Of a stretch of DNA of 64,000 bases, positions 23,681 to 35,600 are shown piece after piece. The stretch's first letter is position 1. Each line of letters opens with the position of its first letter. The position numbers were made by a program, and so were the translations under genes. The stretch is from Hemiscyllium ocellatum (Eukaryota): assembly GCF_020745735.1 (NCBI RefSeq), contig NC_083420.1:24118001-24182000 (forward strand), given 5' to 3'. Below the pieces are notes generated by a model, which ran no database searches, was not told where the DNA came from, and saw only the letters and a program-made list of their open reading frames with translations.

Positions 23681-26600
23681 CTAAAACAAAGAAAGTTTAG
23701 AGAATGTGGTTTATAGAAGACCAATGCTAACAGTCTCTACAACAGAAGAACAGCAATGGCGTCTCCAAACTTGACAATTACATATTCATATGTAACATCT
23801 CTTATGCATCAGGAGCAGGAATATAGCCTGTTCCACCATTCAACAAGATCATGACTAATCTGATTGTAACTTCAAATCAATATTCCCACCTACCCCTGCT
23901 AAACAAGAATTTATCTATATTTACTTTAAAAATATTCAAGGATTCACGACCATCACAGGAAAAGCATCTAATCTCGGTTTTAAATCGATGACCCTTGATT
24001 TTTAAACAGGGACCCCTACTATTACATCAGTAGACACCACGTTATAGTCAACAGATTTATTTGAGATCACAAGTTTTTGGAGCATTGCTCCTTTGTCAGG
24101 TGAAGTGACTTCTGACTACCAAGATAACTACCGTGTTGGACTGGGCTGGACAAAGTCAGAAGTCACATGACATCAAGTTATCATCCAATAGATTTATTTG
24201 CAATCACATGCTTTCAGAGGGGTGCTCTGAAAGCTTGTGATTTCAAATTAAATTGTTGGACTATAACCTGGCATTGTGATTTTTGACTTTGTCCACCCCA
24301 GTCCAACCATATTATGGTTATCTCAGCAATCAGACACAATTATTTGCACAGCAATTACTGACATTATATTAATTTATTAGACCAATTAGATCCCATGGTT
24401 CAGACAAGTCTAGATCCTCAGGACTTCCTTCTTAATGATGTGAAGAAACGATAAAAGTACATTCTATTTATACACTTCGTTAACAGTACATTTTAATAGT
24501 AAATTAGTCCGACAGGGATTAAAAACATTAATGATTGAATCAATATTTATCTACTATTACATTTACTTTGCCTGTTCCTTTGCTAGTTAATGTTTTTTCT
24601 CTTTATATTGCTTAATGAGATTTATAAAAATACACAGTTTACAGAACTTAGCCATTTTTGCTTTCAACCTTGAAATTGCCTGTTCATGCAAAACACATTT
24701 CTGATTGGACTTCAATTTTGTTTCAAATCATTAATTTCAACCAATTGGATGTTTACAAGTTTGATCCAATTAGTTACAGATTAATTTATCAATATATAAT
24801 GAATTAGTCTGAAATTTGAATGGTTGGACTGAATGATCGCCATATCCATCCCAATCGCTGTGCCCAAGATATAGGTTGTGATAGACCAAGTTTTAACATG
24901 CCCACAAATTAGCTTTAAAACTGTGCTTATTATCTGAAAGTAAAAGCTGAAGTTGCACAATCCTATCAAACCATATGGCTGCTCTTTCATTCGAGAAGGA
25001 TAGCTGCTAATGGTTTAATCTGAGCTGCACCATGTCTCTGGTGAGAGGAAGAGGATGAGAAGGTGAGTCCAGTATTCCTCAGTTGGTTTAGGAATTTGAG
25101 CCATGCTGTTGGCATCGCTGTGCATTGCAAACCAGCGGTCGATTAGATTAGACTACTTACAGATTACTTAGTGTGGAAACAGGCCCTTTGGCCCAACAAG
25201 TCCACAACGACCCTCAGAAGAGCAACCCACACAGATCACGGTGGCCCAGTGGTTAGCACTGCTGCCTCACAGCGCCAGATACCTGGGTTCAGTTCCCATC
25301 TCGGGCAACTGTCTGTGTGGAGTTTGCACATTCTCTCCGTGTCTGCTCCAGTTTCCTCCCACAGTCGAAAGAAGTGCAGGTTAGGTGAATTGGCCACACT
25401 AAATTTCCCGTAATGTTAGGGGGGGTGAATGTAGGGGAATGGGTCTGGGTGGGTTGCTCTTCGGAGGGTTGGGGTGGACTAATCTAAAAAAAACCCATTC
25501 CCCTACATTTGCCCCTTCATCTAACACTACGGGCAATTTAGCATGGCCAATTCACCTAACCAGCACATTTTTGGACTGTGGGAGGAAACCGGAGCACCTG
25601 GAGGAAACCCACGCAGACATGGGGAGAACGTGCAAACTCCACACAGGTAGTTGCCTGAGTCAGGAATTGAACCTGGATCTCTGGCGCTGTGAGGCAGCAG
25701 TGCTAACGTCCTGCTAACTGAGCTAACCAATCCCCGTATCTGAAATAACATTCGCAGAAAAAAGAAGTCTCGTAAGAATCCTAAAGCAAAATTGAATTAA
25801 ATCTTACTGGTGATCATCGTGGGTCACCACTTTCTTCACAAAGGAGAGAAAAGCGTTGCAGAAATTTAGACAGACTGCAGGCTTCCAGCAATTCCGTTCA
25901 TTCTGTTTTGAGATGGAAACAAAAGTGTCTTTAATCTGAAGTCTGGCATGAAGAGATGGGCACTACCACTGCAATCACATTTTTATAGAAAACCTACTCC
26001 GTCTGCTTCAAGAATACAGAAAGTGGCCATTCACCTCACTCCAGTCGATCAGTACAATTGTGACATTTGCTCAAGTTAGACAATGTTCTCAGATAATCAA
26101 CCATCATGTGTGAGAATCAGTCCTATTCAGAAAGAACAGAGGCTAAGCACAGCATCCCAACTGCTGACTTATCGTTTCAGGGGAATAAAATGTGGGATCT
26201 CCTGACCTGTTCACCCAGAGGAGCTTCACATGTGACTCAGTTAGGGATGGGGGCTAGACAGAAAGGTACTTTCTAGAAAAGGACACCAAATCCATTCCAT
26301 TTATGCACTGCAACTCAATGGATGTCAGGCTGGACTGTAAGGATGTTGCCAGGTTTTAATTTTAAAAATCTATTGTCTATACTAACTAGAGGCCATTTGT
26401 GTTACCTAATCATTTTGCAGAGAATTTCTGTAAGGAAACTTATCTAAATTAATTTTTTTATCTGTTCTCAAATGTTAAATAGGGATTCTGATCCGAACTT
26501 GCTTATGTCTGGGAAATTCCACCCTGTAGAAAGTTCTACATGGAACGCACTAACCAATGCCTTCAGTATATTTTACAACATCAGTAAGTGGAGGCCTGAG

Positions 26601-29600
26601 TTATTGATATGAACCGACATTATTAAACATTTGCTGTAAGTGGAAGGTATTACAATGAACTGTTTCCAATTTGAATTGCACCAGAAACTACACAAAGATG
26701 TGGAAATCTAGTCTTGAACAATTTGGTAGCGCATTTAAAGATAAAGTTATCATTGAAGATATCTTCTCTCTGTTACTAGAGTGAGCTAGAACGTTGGGCA
26801 GTATTTCAGGTAGTGATTTTTGTTATTGTTTTAGTACCACTGCAATTCTTGCTGTTGAATTGTTTAACATACAGGTTAGCAATAATTCTGTGGGTGTTCC
26901 TGGTAAGGTCAATGAAGTGGCAAGATTCACAGTTTTTGTTTATTGTCTAATTTTGACTCGCCTCCCCACCCACCGCTTTCAATATTTATGCAGCTGATAG
27001 TCCATACTTTGAGAATTATTTCTAAAGTTTAACTAAATTTAAATGTGCAAACCTTAACAAGATGATGAATCTTCATTGTTTCAAAAGACTGAAGAGAAAC
27101 TACCATTCCATTATCATCTCTAAAGCCTGTGATTATGCGAGGTACTCCAGGCAGAAAAGACTGTGCCCACCATTTGATCAATTTAAATCTGTGTAGACAA
27201 GATGCACATTCTCAAATTCCTTTGCTGTATACATTGTTAAGATGCATTTCATTTAACAAATGTTACACTTCCTACAGCTTCATTGTGCATGAAACAACTA
27301 TGTATTAGTGAGATTGATGAATGTTTTATGATCACTCAAGGCTGTTAACAATAGAGTTTGGAGAGACATACTTATGATTCAAGAATTCAGAGAAAGGGAT
27401 AGTCAGAGGGTCAAAGCCCTCACTGATCCTTTCAACAGTTCACAGTTAAATTGTACACTGATAATTCAGGTAAGAGTAAATTTGTATTGTATTCTATGAT
27501 TGAAATGAATGAAATTAGGTTTACTTTAAAACAGGTCTGCTTTATAAAGAATCAGAGATGTACAGCACAGAAATAGACCCTTTGGTCCAACTCGTACATG
27601 CCGACCAGCTATCCCAACCTAATCTAGTCCAGCACCCAGCCCATATCCCATCAAACCCTTCCTATTCATATACCCATCCAGATGCCTTTTAAGTGTTGCA
27701 ATTGTACTAGCCTACACTATTTCCTCTGGCAGCCCATTCCACACACGCACCACCCTCTGCGTGAAAAACTTGCTCCTTAGGTCCCTTTTATATCTTTCCC
27801 CTCTCGCTCTAAACTTCTGCCCTCTAGTTCTGGACTCCCCCACCCCAGGGAAAAAGACCTTGTCTATTTATCCTATCCATGCCCCTCATGATTTTATACA
27901 TCTTTATAAGGTCACCCCTCAGCCTCGGACACTCCAGGGAAAACAGTCCCAGCTTATTCAGCCTCTTTCTATAGCTCAAATCCTCCAACCCTGGCAACAT
28001 CCTTCTATATCTTTTCTGAACCCCTTCAAGTTTCACAACATCCTTCTGATAGGAAGGACACCAGAACTGCAAGCAATAATCCAAAAGTGGCCGAACCAAC
28101 GTCCTGTACAGATGCAACATGACTTCCAAACGCCTATATCGAAAAAGAACAAAAAAAAATTACAGCACAGGAACAGGCACTTCAGCCCTCCGAGCCTGCG
28201 CCGATCCATATCCTCTATTGCCTATTTTCTAAGGATCTGTATCCCTTTGCTCCCAGTCCATTCATGTAACTGTCTAGATCTATTTTAAATGACGCTATCA
28301 TTCCCGCCCCACCACCTCCGTTGGCAATGCATTCCAGGCACCCACCATGCTCTGCGTGTAGAACTTTCCACCTATATAGAACATAGAACAATACAGCACA
28401 GAACAGGCCCTTCGGCCCACGGTGTTGTGCCGAACATTTATCCTAGATTAAACACCTATCCATGTACCTATCCAATTTCTGCTTAAAGGTCACCAATGAT
28501 TCTGACACTGCCACTCCCACAGGCAATGTATTCCATGCCCCCACCACTCTGGGTAAAGAACCTACCCCTGACATCCCCCCTATACCTTCCACCCTTCACC
28601 TTAAATTTATGTCCCCTTGTAACACTCTGTTGTACCCGGGGAAAAAGTCTGTCTACTCTCTCTATTCCCCGATCAAGTTATAAACCTCTATCAAGTCACC
28701 CCTCATCCTTCGCCGTTCCAATGAGAAAAGGCCTAGCACTCTCAACCTATCCTCGTACGACCTATTCTCCATTCCAGTCTCCCCTCTCACTTTGAACTCG
28801 TGACCCCTTTGCGTCCTCCACTCTGGGAAAATGTTTCTTGCTATCCATCCAGTCTGCACCTCTCATGATTTTGTAGGCCTCAATCAGGTCCCCCACAACC
28901 TCCTTCTTTCCAATGAAAATAATCCTAATCTACTCAACCTCTCCTCATTGCTAGCACCCTCCATACCAGGCAACATCCTGGTGAACCTCGTCTACACCGA
29001 CTCCAAAGCATCCACATTCTTTTGGTATTGTGGGGACCAGAACTGTATGCAGTATTCCAAATGTGGCCGAACCAAAGTCTTATACAACTATAACATGACC
29101 TGCCAACTCTTGTACTCAATACCCCATCTGATGAAGGAAAGCATGACATATGCCACTGTACTGATCTGCGTTGCCATCTTCAGGGAACAATGGACCTGAA
29201 CACCCAGATCTCTCTGTACATCAATTTTCCCCAGGACTTTTCCATTTACTGTATAGTTTGCTCTGGAATTGCATCACCTCTCATTTGTTCAGATTGAACT
29301 CTATCTGCCATTTCTCTGCCCAACTCATCTATATTTTGCTGTATTCTCTGACAGTCTCCTTCACTATCGACTACTCCACCAGTCTTAGTGTCATCTACAA
29401 ACTTGCTAATGAGGCAGAGCTGAAAATGTGTTGCTGGAAAAGCGCAACAGGTCAGACAGCATCCAAGGAGCAGGAGAATCGAAGGGCTCATGCCGAAACG
29501 TTGATTCTCCTGCCCCTTGGATGCTGCCTGACCTGCTGCGCTTTTCCAGCAACACATTTTCAGCTCTGATCTCCAGTATCTGCAGTCCTCACTTTCTCCT

Positions 29601-32600
29601 TGCTAATGAGGCAACCTACATCTTCCTCCAAATCATTTATGTATATCACAAACAATAGTGGTCTCAGCACAGATCCCTGTGGAACACCACTGGTCACAGG
29701 TCTCCATGTTGAGAAGCTCCCTTCCACTACTACTCTCTGTCTCCTGTTGCCCAACCAGTTCTCTATATATCTAGCTAGACCACCCTGGACCCCATGCAAC
29801 TTGCCCTTCTTCATCAGCCGATCATGGGGAACCTTATCAAATGCCTTACTAAAGTCTATGTATATGACATCTAGAACCCTTCCCTCATCAATCAACTTGT
29901 CACCTCTTTCAAAGAATTCCATTAGGTTTGTAAGACATGACCTTCCCTGCACAAAACCATGGTGCATATTACTGATAAATCCATTTTCTTCCAAATGGGT
30001 ATATATATTATCCCTTAGTATCTTCTCCAGTAGCTTCCCTACCACTGATGTCAGGCTCATAGGTCTGTAATTACCTGGATTATCCCTGCTACCCTTCTTA
30101 AACAGGGCAACCTCCCCTGTTTTCAAGGATGTTGCAATGATATCTGTTAAAGCCCCAGCTATTTCCTCTCTCACTTCCTTCAGTAACCTGGGATAGATCC
30201 CATCCAGTTCTGGGGACTTGTCCGTCTTAATGCCTTTTCCCGAATACATAACACTTCCTCCCTCTTTTTGCCAACTTGACCTAGACTAATCAAAGATTTA
30301 TCCCTAACCTCAACATCCGCCATGTCCATCTCCTCGGTGAATACCGATGCAAAGTACTCATTAAGAATGTTACCCATTTGCTCTGACTCCACACGTATCT
30401 TTCTTCCTTTATCCTTGACTGGGCCAACCCTTTCCCTAGTTACCCTCTTGTTCCTTATATATGAATAAAAGGCTTTGGGGTTTTCCTTAACTATGATCAC
30501 TAAGGATATCTCGTGACCCTTTGAGTCCTCTTAATTCCTTGCTTCAGTTGGTCCTACATTCCCGATATTCTTCCAAAGCTTTGTCTGTCTTGTCGCCTAG
30601 ACCTTATGTACGCATCCTTTTTCCCCTTAGCTAGTCTCACAATTTCACCTGTCATCCATGGTTCTCTAAGCTTGCCATTTCTATCCCTCATTTTCACAGG
30701 AACATAACTCTCCTGAACTCTAATCAACATCTCTTTAAAAACCTCCCACATATCGAATATGGATTTCCCTTCAAGCAGCTGCTCCCAATCCAGATTCCCC
30801 AGCTCCTGCTGAATTTTGGTAGTTAGCCTTCCCCCAATTTAGCATTCTTTCTTTCGGACCACACATCTTTTTGTCCATGAGTATTCTTAAAACTTATGGA
30901 ATTGTGATCACTATTCCCAAAGTAATCCCCCATTGAAACTTCAACCACGTGGCCGCGCTCATTTCCTAACACCAGGTCTAGTATGGCTCCTTCCCAAGTT
31001 GGACTACTTACATATTGCTCTGGAAAACCCTCCTGGATGCTCCTTATAAATTCTGCTCCATCCAGAGCCCTAACACGAAGTGAATCCCAGTCAATGTTGG
31101 GAAAATTAAAACCTCCTATCACCACTGCCCTGTTGCTCCAACATCTTTATATGATCTCTCTACATATTTGTGTCTCCATCTCTCGCTTGCTATTGGGAGG
31201 CCTGTAACACAGCCCCAACATTGTTACTGCACCCTTCCTGTTTCTGAGCTCAGCCCATATTATCCTCCTTCAGCATAGCTGTGATATCTTCTTTGACCAG
31301 TAATGCAACTGCTCCATCCCTTTTACATCCCTCTCTATCCCACCTGAAGCATCGATATCCTAGGATATTTAGTTTCCAATCATGCCCTTCCCTCAACCAA
31401 GTGTCAGTAATAGCAATATCATACTCCCAGGTACGAATCCAAACCCCAAGTCCATCTGCCTTACCTACTATACTTCTTGCATTAAAACAAATGCACCTCA
31501 GACCACCAGTCCTTTTGCGTTCATCCACTGCTTCCTGCCTACTCTTCCCCTTTGTCATGCTGATTTCATTAACTAGTTCCTTCCATATATATTTTGCTTC
31601 ATTTGATCATTCAGCTAATGAACACACTAATTAAAAAAACCTTCTTTCTGCAGAGTTGTCATCTTCTCCCTCTTTGAATTGTGCGTCTTTACTCTGTTTT
31701 CCACTTTATAATGGGATGAGTCCTACAGTCCTGCCAAGATTTGTACAATCAGCAACTGTGTGTGGAGCTATTACTTCCAGTCTTTCACCTGCAGCTGTGA
31801 TTGCTATCAATAGCCTCTACGTTGGTTGTGTTATTTTGAAATGTTATCAAAAAAGGCATATTATTTGTTATTTAAAAAGGAATTCTTTCTCATTTCAAAA
31901 ATATCTGGGAAATAGAGATCACTGATGCTTCATTTCCACTCTGTTTGAAAAGCAATCTAATCCTGAGTTCTCAGTGTAGGCAAGCACAAATGTGGATATT
32001 TACTATTTACAACAGGCATGCATCTCAAATAACATTGGAGCTGTGCACTACAGGTGTTTACAGGTGCATATTCATTAGCTGATGTGCTATTTAGAACAGC
32101 TTAATTTAATCTTCCCCATGAGGGTGCAGGAGGCAAAGGTCACCTACCTGTGAAAATTCCTCTCTTGGTTTGGAGTGTAAATCTCCCTGCTTGTCTTTAG
32201 TTCCACATAACACTGGGGAGCCTTTAACCTTGGGTCAGAGTTGTCTTTGCAGTCCACCTCACCAGAGAATACGAGTGAATGCCCATTCAACCGAGTTCGA
32301 ACCACACAACAAAATGCTTCATTAGTGTTTACCACACCTGCTGGATTAGGATTCCCACCTGGTTTATCTGAAAAATAATCTATGAATGTTTCCACTTTTG
32401 CATCCTCATCTGTCAAACTCCTTTATGCCAGGGTTAATACCAGGAATACTAGGCTGCCTTCAGTTTTGTATATCAGCTATTTTTCATGCTGTCCATATAA
32501 AACTTTAATGAGTGCTTCCTGACATTTGAATATTTAAACATAAACATAATACAACGCAAGAATAACTTCTCTCTCAGAGATGCTGTCTGACCTGTTGAGT

Positions 32601-35600
32601 ATCCCCATAATTTTCTGTTTTTATGAATATTTACACATGTATATATTTCAGTGGCAATCTCTGAAAGCAATCAAAGTGCCTCATCTGCTGTCCTAGCTGA
32701 GGTCAGTTACTGTCACACAAGTTGGGATCTTTATTGACCTAGGTTGCCAGACATATTTGAACAAAGTATGAACTTAGTATGATTTTTCAGTATTTAAGGG
32801 AATTCTGAGAGAGATTTCTATACCTCTATTCCTGCTTAGCCTTTTAAAATATAGTTCAGTTCCCAGCAGATATTTGCTAGTGGCATTGAAACAACAGTAG
32901 GTGAAATCACTGCTGTTTAAGTTCCCAATTTATCTTCTAATTTAAATGAGATTGGGCATGCCTATATTAGGATTTCAGCAAAGTGTAATAATGAGAAAGT
33001 TCATTCTCTATCTACTTTTGCTGTGAAAAACACCCAGTGACACAGTTATAGATTGTGTCATTTAAAAACTTGGTTGGGGCTCGAGAGACTCTTTTGAATT
33101 TTATAATATGGAGTTGAAATATATAGCTATAGGTGGTAAGAAAATGTGAAATAATTAAGATCATCATAAAGCATTAGAGTTATAGAGTCACGTAACACGT
33201 CAGTCCAACTCGCCTGCGCCGATCAAATATCCTAAACTGAACTCATCCCATTTGCCAGCATTTGGCCTATATCCCTCTAAACCTTTCCTGTCAGTATACC
33301 TGTCCAAATGTCTTTTAAATGTTGTACCTGCTTCTACCATTTCCTCTAGCAGCTCATTCCATACATACACCACCCTCCGTGTGAAAAAGTTACCCCTCAG
33401 GTCCCTTTTAAATCTTTCCCCTCTCACTCTAAAACTATGCCCTCTAGTTTTGAACTCCCCACCCCTGGGAAAACACCTTGGCTATTCACCATATCTATAC
33501 CCCTGATGATTCTATAAGGTCACCCCTCAGTCTCTGCTGCTCCAGGGAAGATAGCTCAAGCCTTCCAAACCTGGCAACATCCTCATAAATCCTTTCTGAA
33601 TCCTTTCAAGTTTTGCAACATCCTTCCTACAGCAGGGAGACCAAAATTGAACACAGAATTCTAAAAGCGTCCTCACTAATCAATTACACAGCTGCAACAT
33701 GGCATCTCACTCCTATACTTCACTTTCAAGGAACTGTGCACCACCTGCACGCATAGGTCTCTTTGTTTGGCAACACTCCCCAGGGCCCTACCATTAACTG
33801 CTTCAGTCCTGAAATATTTTATTCCATTGTGGTTCGTCAGAGATGGGTACTTCTTCTGCAGGAAGCATTGTTCATCCTGAATAGAATCTGGAATACCCTT
33901 GCTCATATTAATGTTATATTGGCTCCTGTTCATTAATACAATTTTTCCTCATTATAGCATATAGATAGCAAAAAAATTAAAGCATTTCATTAGGCCAATT
34001 ATTTAGGACTGAGGTGAGTAGAAATTATTCCACCTAAAAGATGATGAAATTCTCTACCCAAGAGCATTTTGGATGTTCCATTGTTGAACACAATGCTGAT
34101 AGAAATATATTTAATCTCTCAGCATCTTAAGGGATATGGGGGAGTGGGCAGGAAAATAGTGTTAAAGTCCACATTAACCTTGATTGAATTAAATGGTGGA
34201 GCAGGTTCGATGGGCCATATGGCCTGATCCTGTTCCAATTTTTGCATTTAGCTGAAGTGGATAATCAATGGCATTTTTAACTGCTGTTTGTTCTTTAGTT
34301 CCTTATTCTTATAGCTCTTTGTGGTTATACTAATAAATACTCAACTTACAGTCACAGATTCATATAGCATGGAAACAGACCCTTTGGTCCAACTCATCCA
34401 CACTGACCAGACATCCCAATCTGATCTAGTCCTATTTGCCAGCATTTGGATCATATCCTGGCAGATGGAATTTAATTTAGATAAACGCAAGGTGCTGCAT
34501 TTTGATAAGGCAAATCAGGTCAGGACTTATCATTAAGCGTATAAGGTCTGGGGAGTGTTGTTAAACAGAGACCTTGGGGTTCAGTTCCATAGTACATTGA
34601 AAGAAGAATTGCAGGTAGACAGGCTAGTGAAGGTGGTGTTTGGGATGCATGACTTTATTGGTCAGTGCATTGAATATAGGAGATCAGAGTTCATGTTCTG
34701 GCTGTACAGGACATTGATTAGGCCACTTTTGGAATACTGCATTCAATTCCGATCTCTTTGCTATAAAGAAATGTTGGCAAATGGGACTAGATTTATTTAT
34801 CTTATCTAGTCAACATGGCCAAGTGGGACTGAAGGATTTGTTTCCGTGCTACACATCACTGTGACTCTAAACTCTTCCTATTCATATACCCATCTAGATG
34901 CCTTTTAAATGTTGTAATTGTACCAGCCTACACCACTTCCTCTAGCAGCTCATTCATACATCACCCTCTGCATGAAAAAGTTACCCTTCCAGTCCCTTTA
35001 AAATCTTTCCCATCACATCTTAAACTGAGAAGTTAAAGTTATCTTAACCAACTTAATCTGACCACTGCAATCCTTTGACAGCTAGATTGTTTTGAAGCAA
35101 TGAAAGTTTTGAATAAATCTCTCACCTGCACACAAGTACTGTTCAAATTTATATCCTCCATATATCAATTCTTCCTGCATTTCAGTCCGCTGCTCTCTCT
35201 GCCGTCTGGCTTCCTCGGTCTCTACCTCACTCATGTAATAGGTTCCATGAAACAGAGTCACTGCCAACATCCATCCCTCTCGGTTCTCATAAGGAGTCGT
35301 TAGAATTTTAGTCAGATGTCCTCTCCATGTGATGAAGTCTGTGTGTAGCTGACTATAAGTAGAAACAGACATAGACAATTTCATAGACCAGCAAAACATA
35401 CACAAGAAAGAAAACAGCACAGTTGATCTGTTTCCATTACCAACAGCCAGGAATGTACACGGTTAACACTATTAACAATAATAGTCAGCTTGCAATAGGA
35501 AATATTCCCCGGTTAATCCTCTTCATACTACAGGAGTCTTGACTTTGCAACACAGTAGGATGAAGGGCAGAATATGAAGATTTGAATATGTTGACAAGTT

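Larger units (their letters stand above)
24990..25735 (-). mobile_element. tRNA-derived SINE (TAGCTCAGTT A-box family) interrupted by HE1-like SINEs
   Basis: The minus-strand head GGTTAGCTCAGTTAGCAGGAC (25709-25729) continues at 25140 as GACCGCTGGTTTGCAATGCACAGCGATGCCAACAGCATGGCTCAAATTCC. Confidence 0.6.

Noticed and set aside
29417-29570. Hairpins here and at 24135, 41822 and 44470 as pre-miRNAs or classical MITEs
   Set aside because: They are multi-copy and asymmetric, with long variable TSDs and hammerhead/Penelope termini, so retroelement inversion products explain them better.
27761-30070. Plus-strand ORFs of 100-175 aa
   Set aside because: Antisense frames of CR1 ORF2, which are commonly open.
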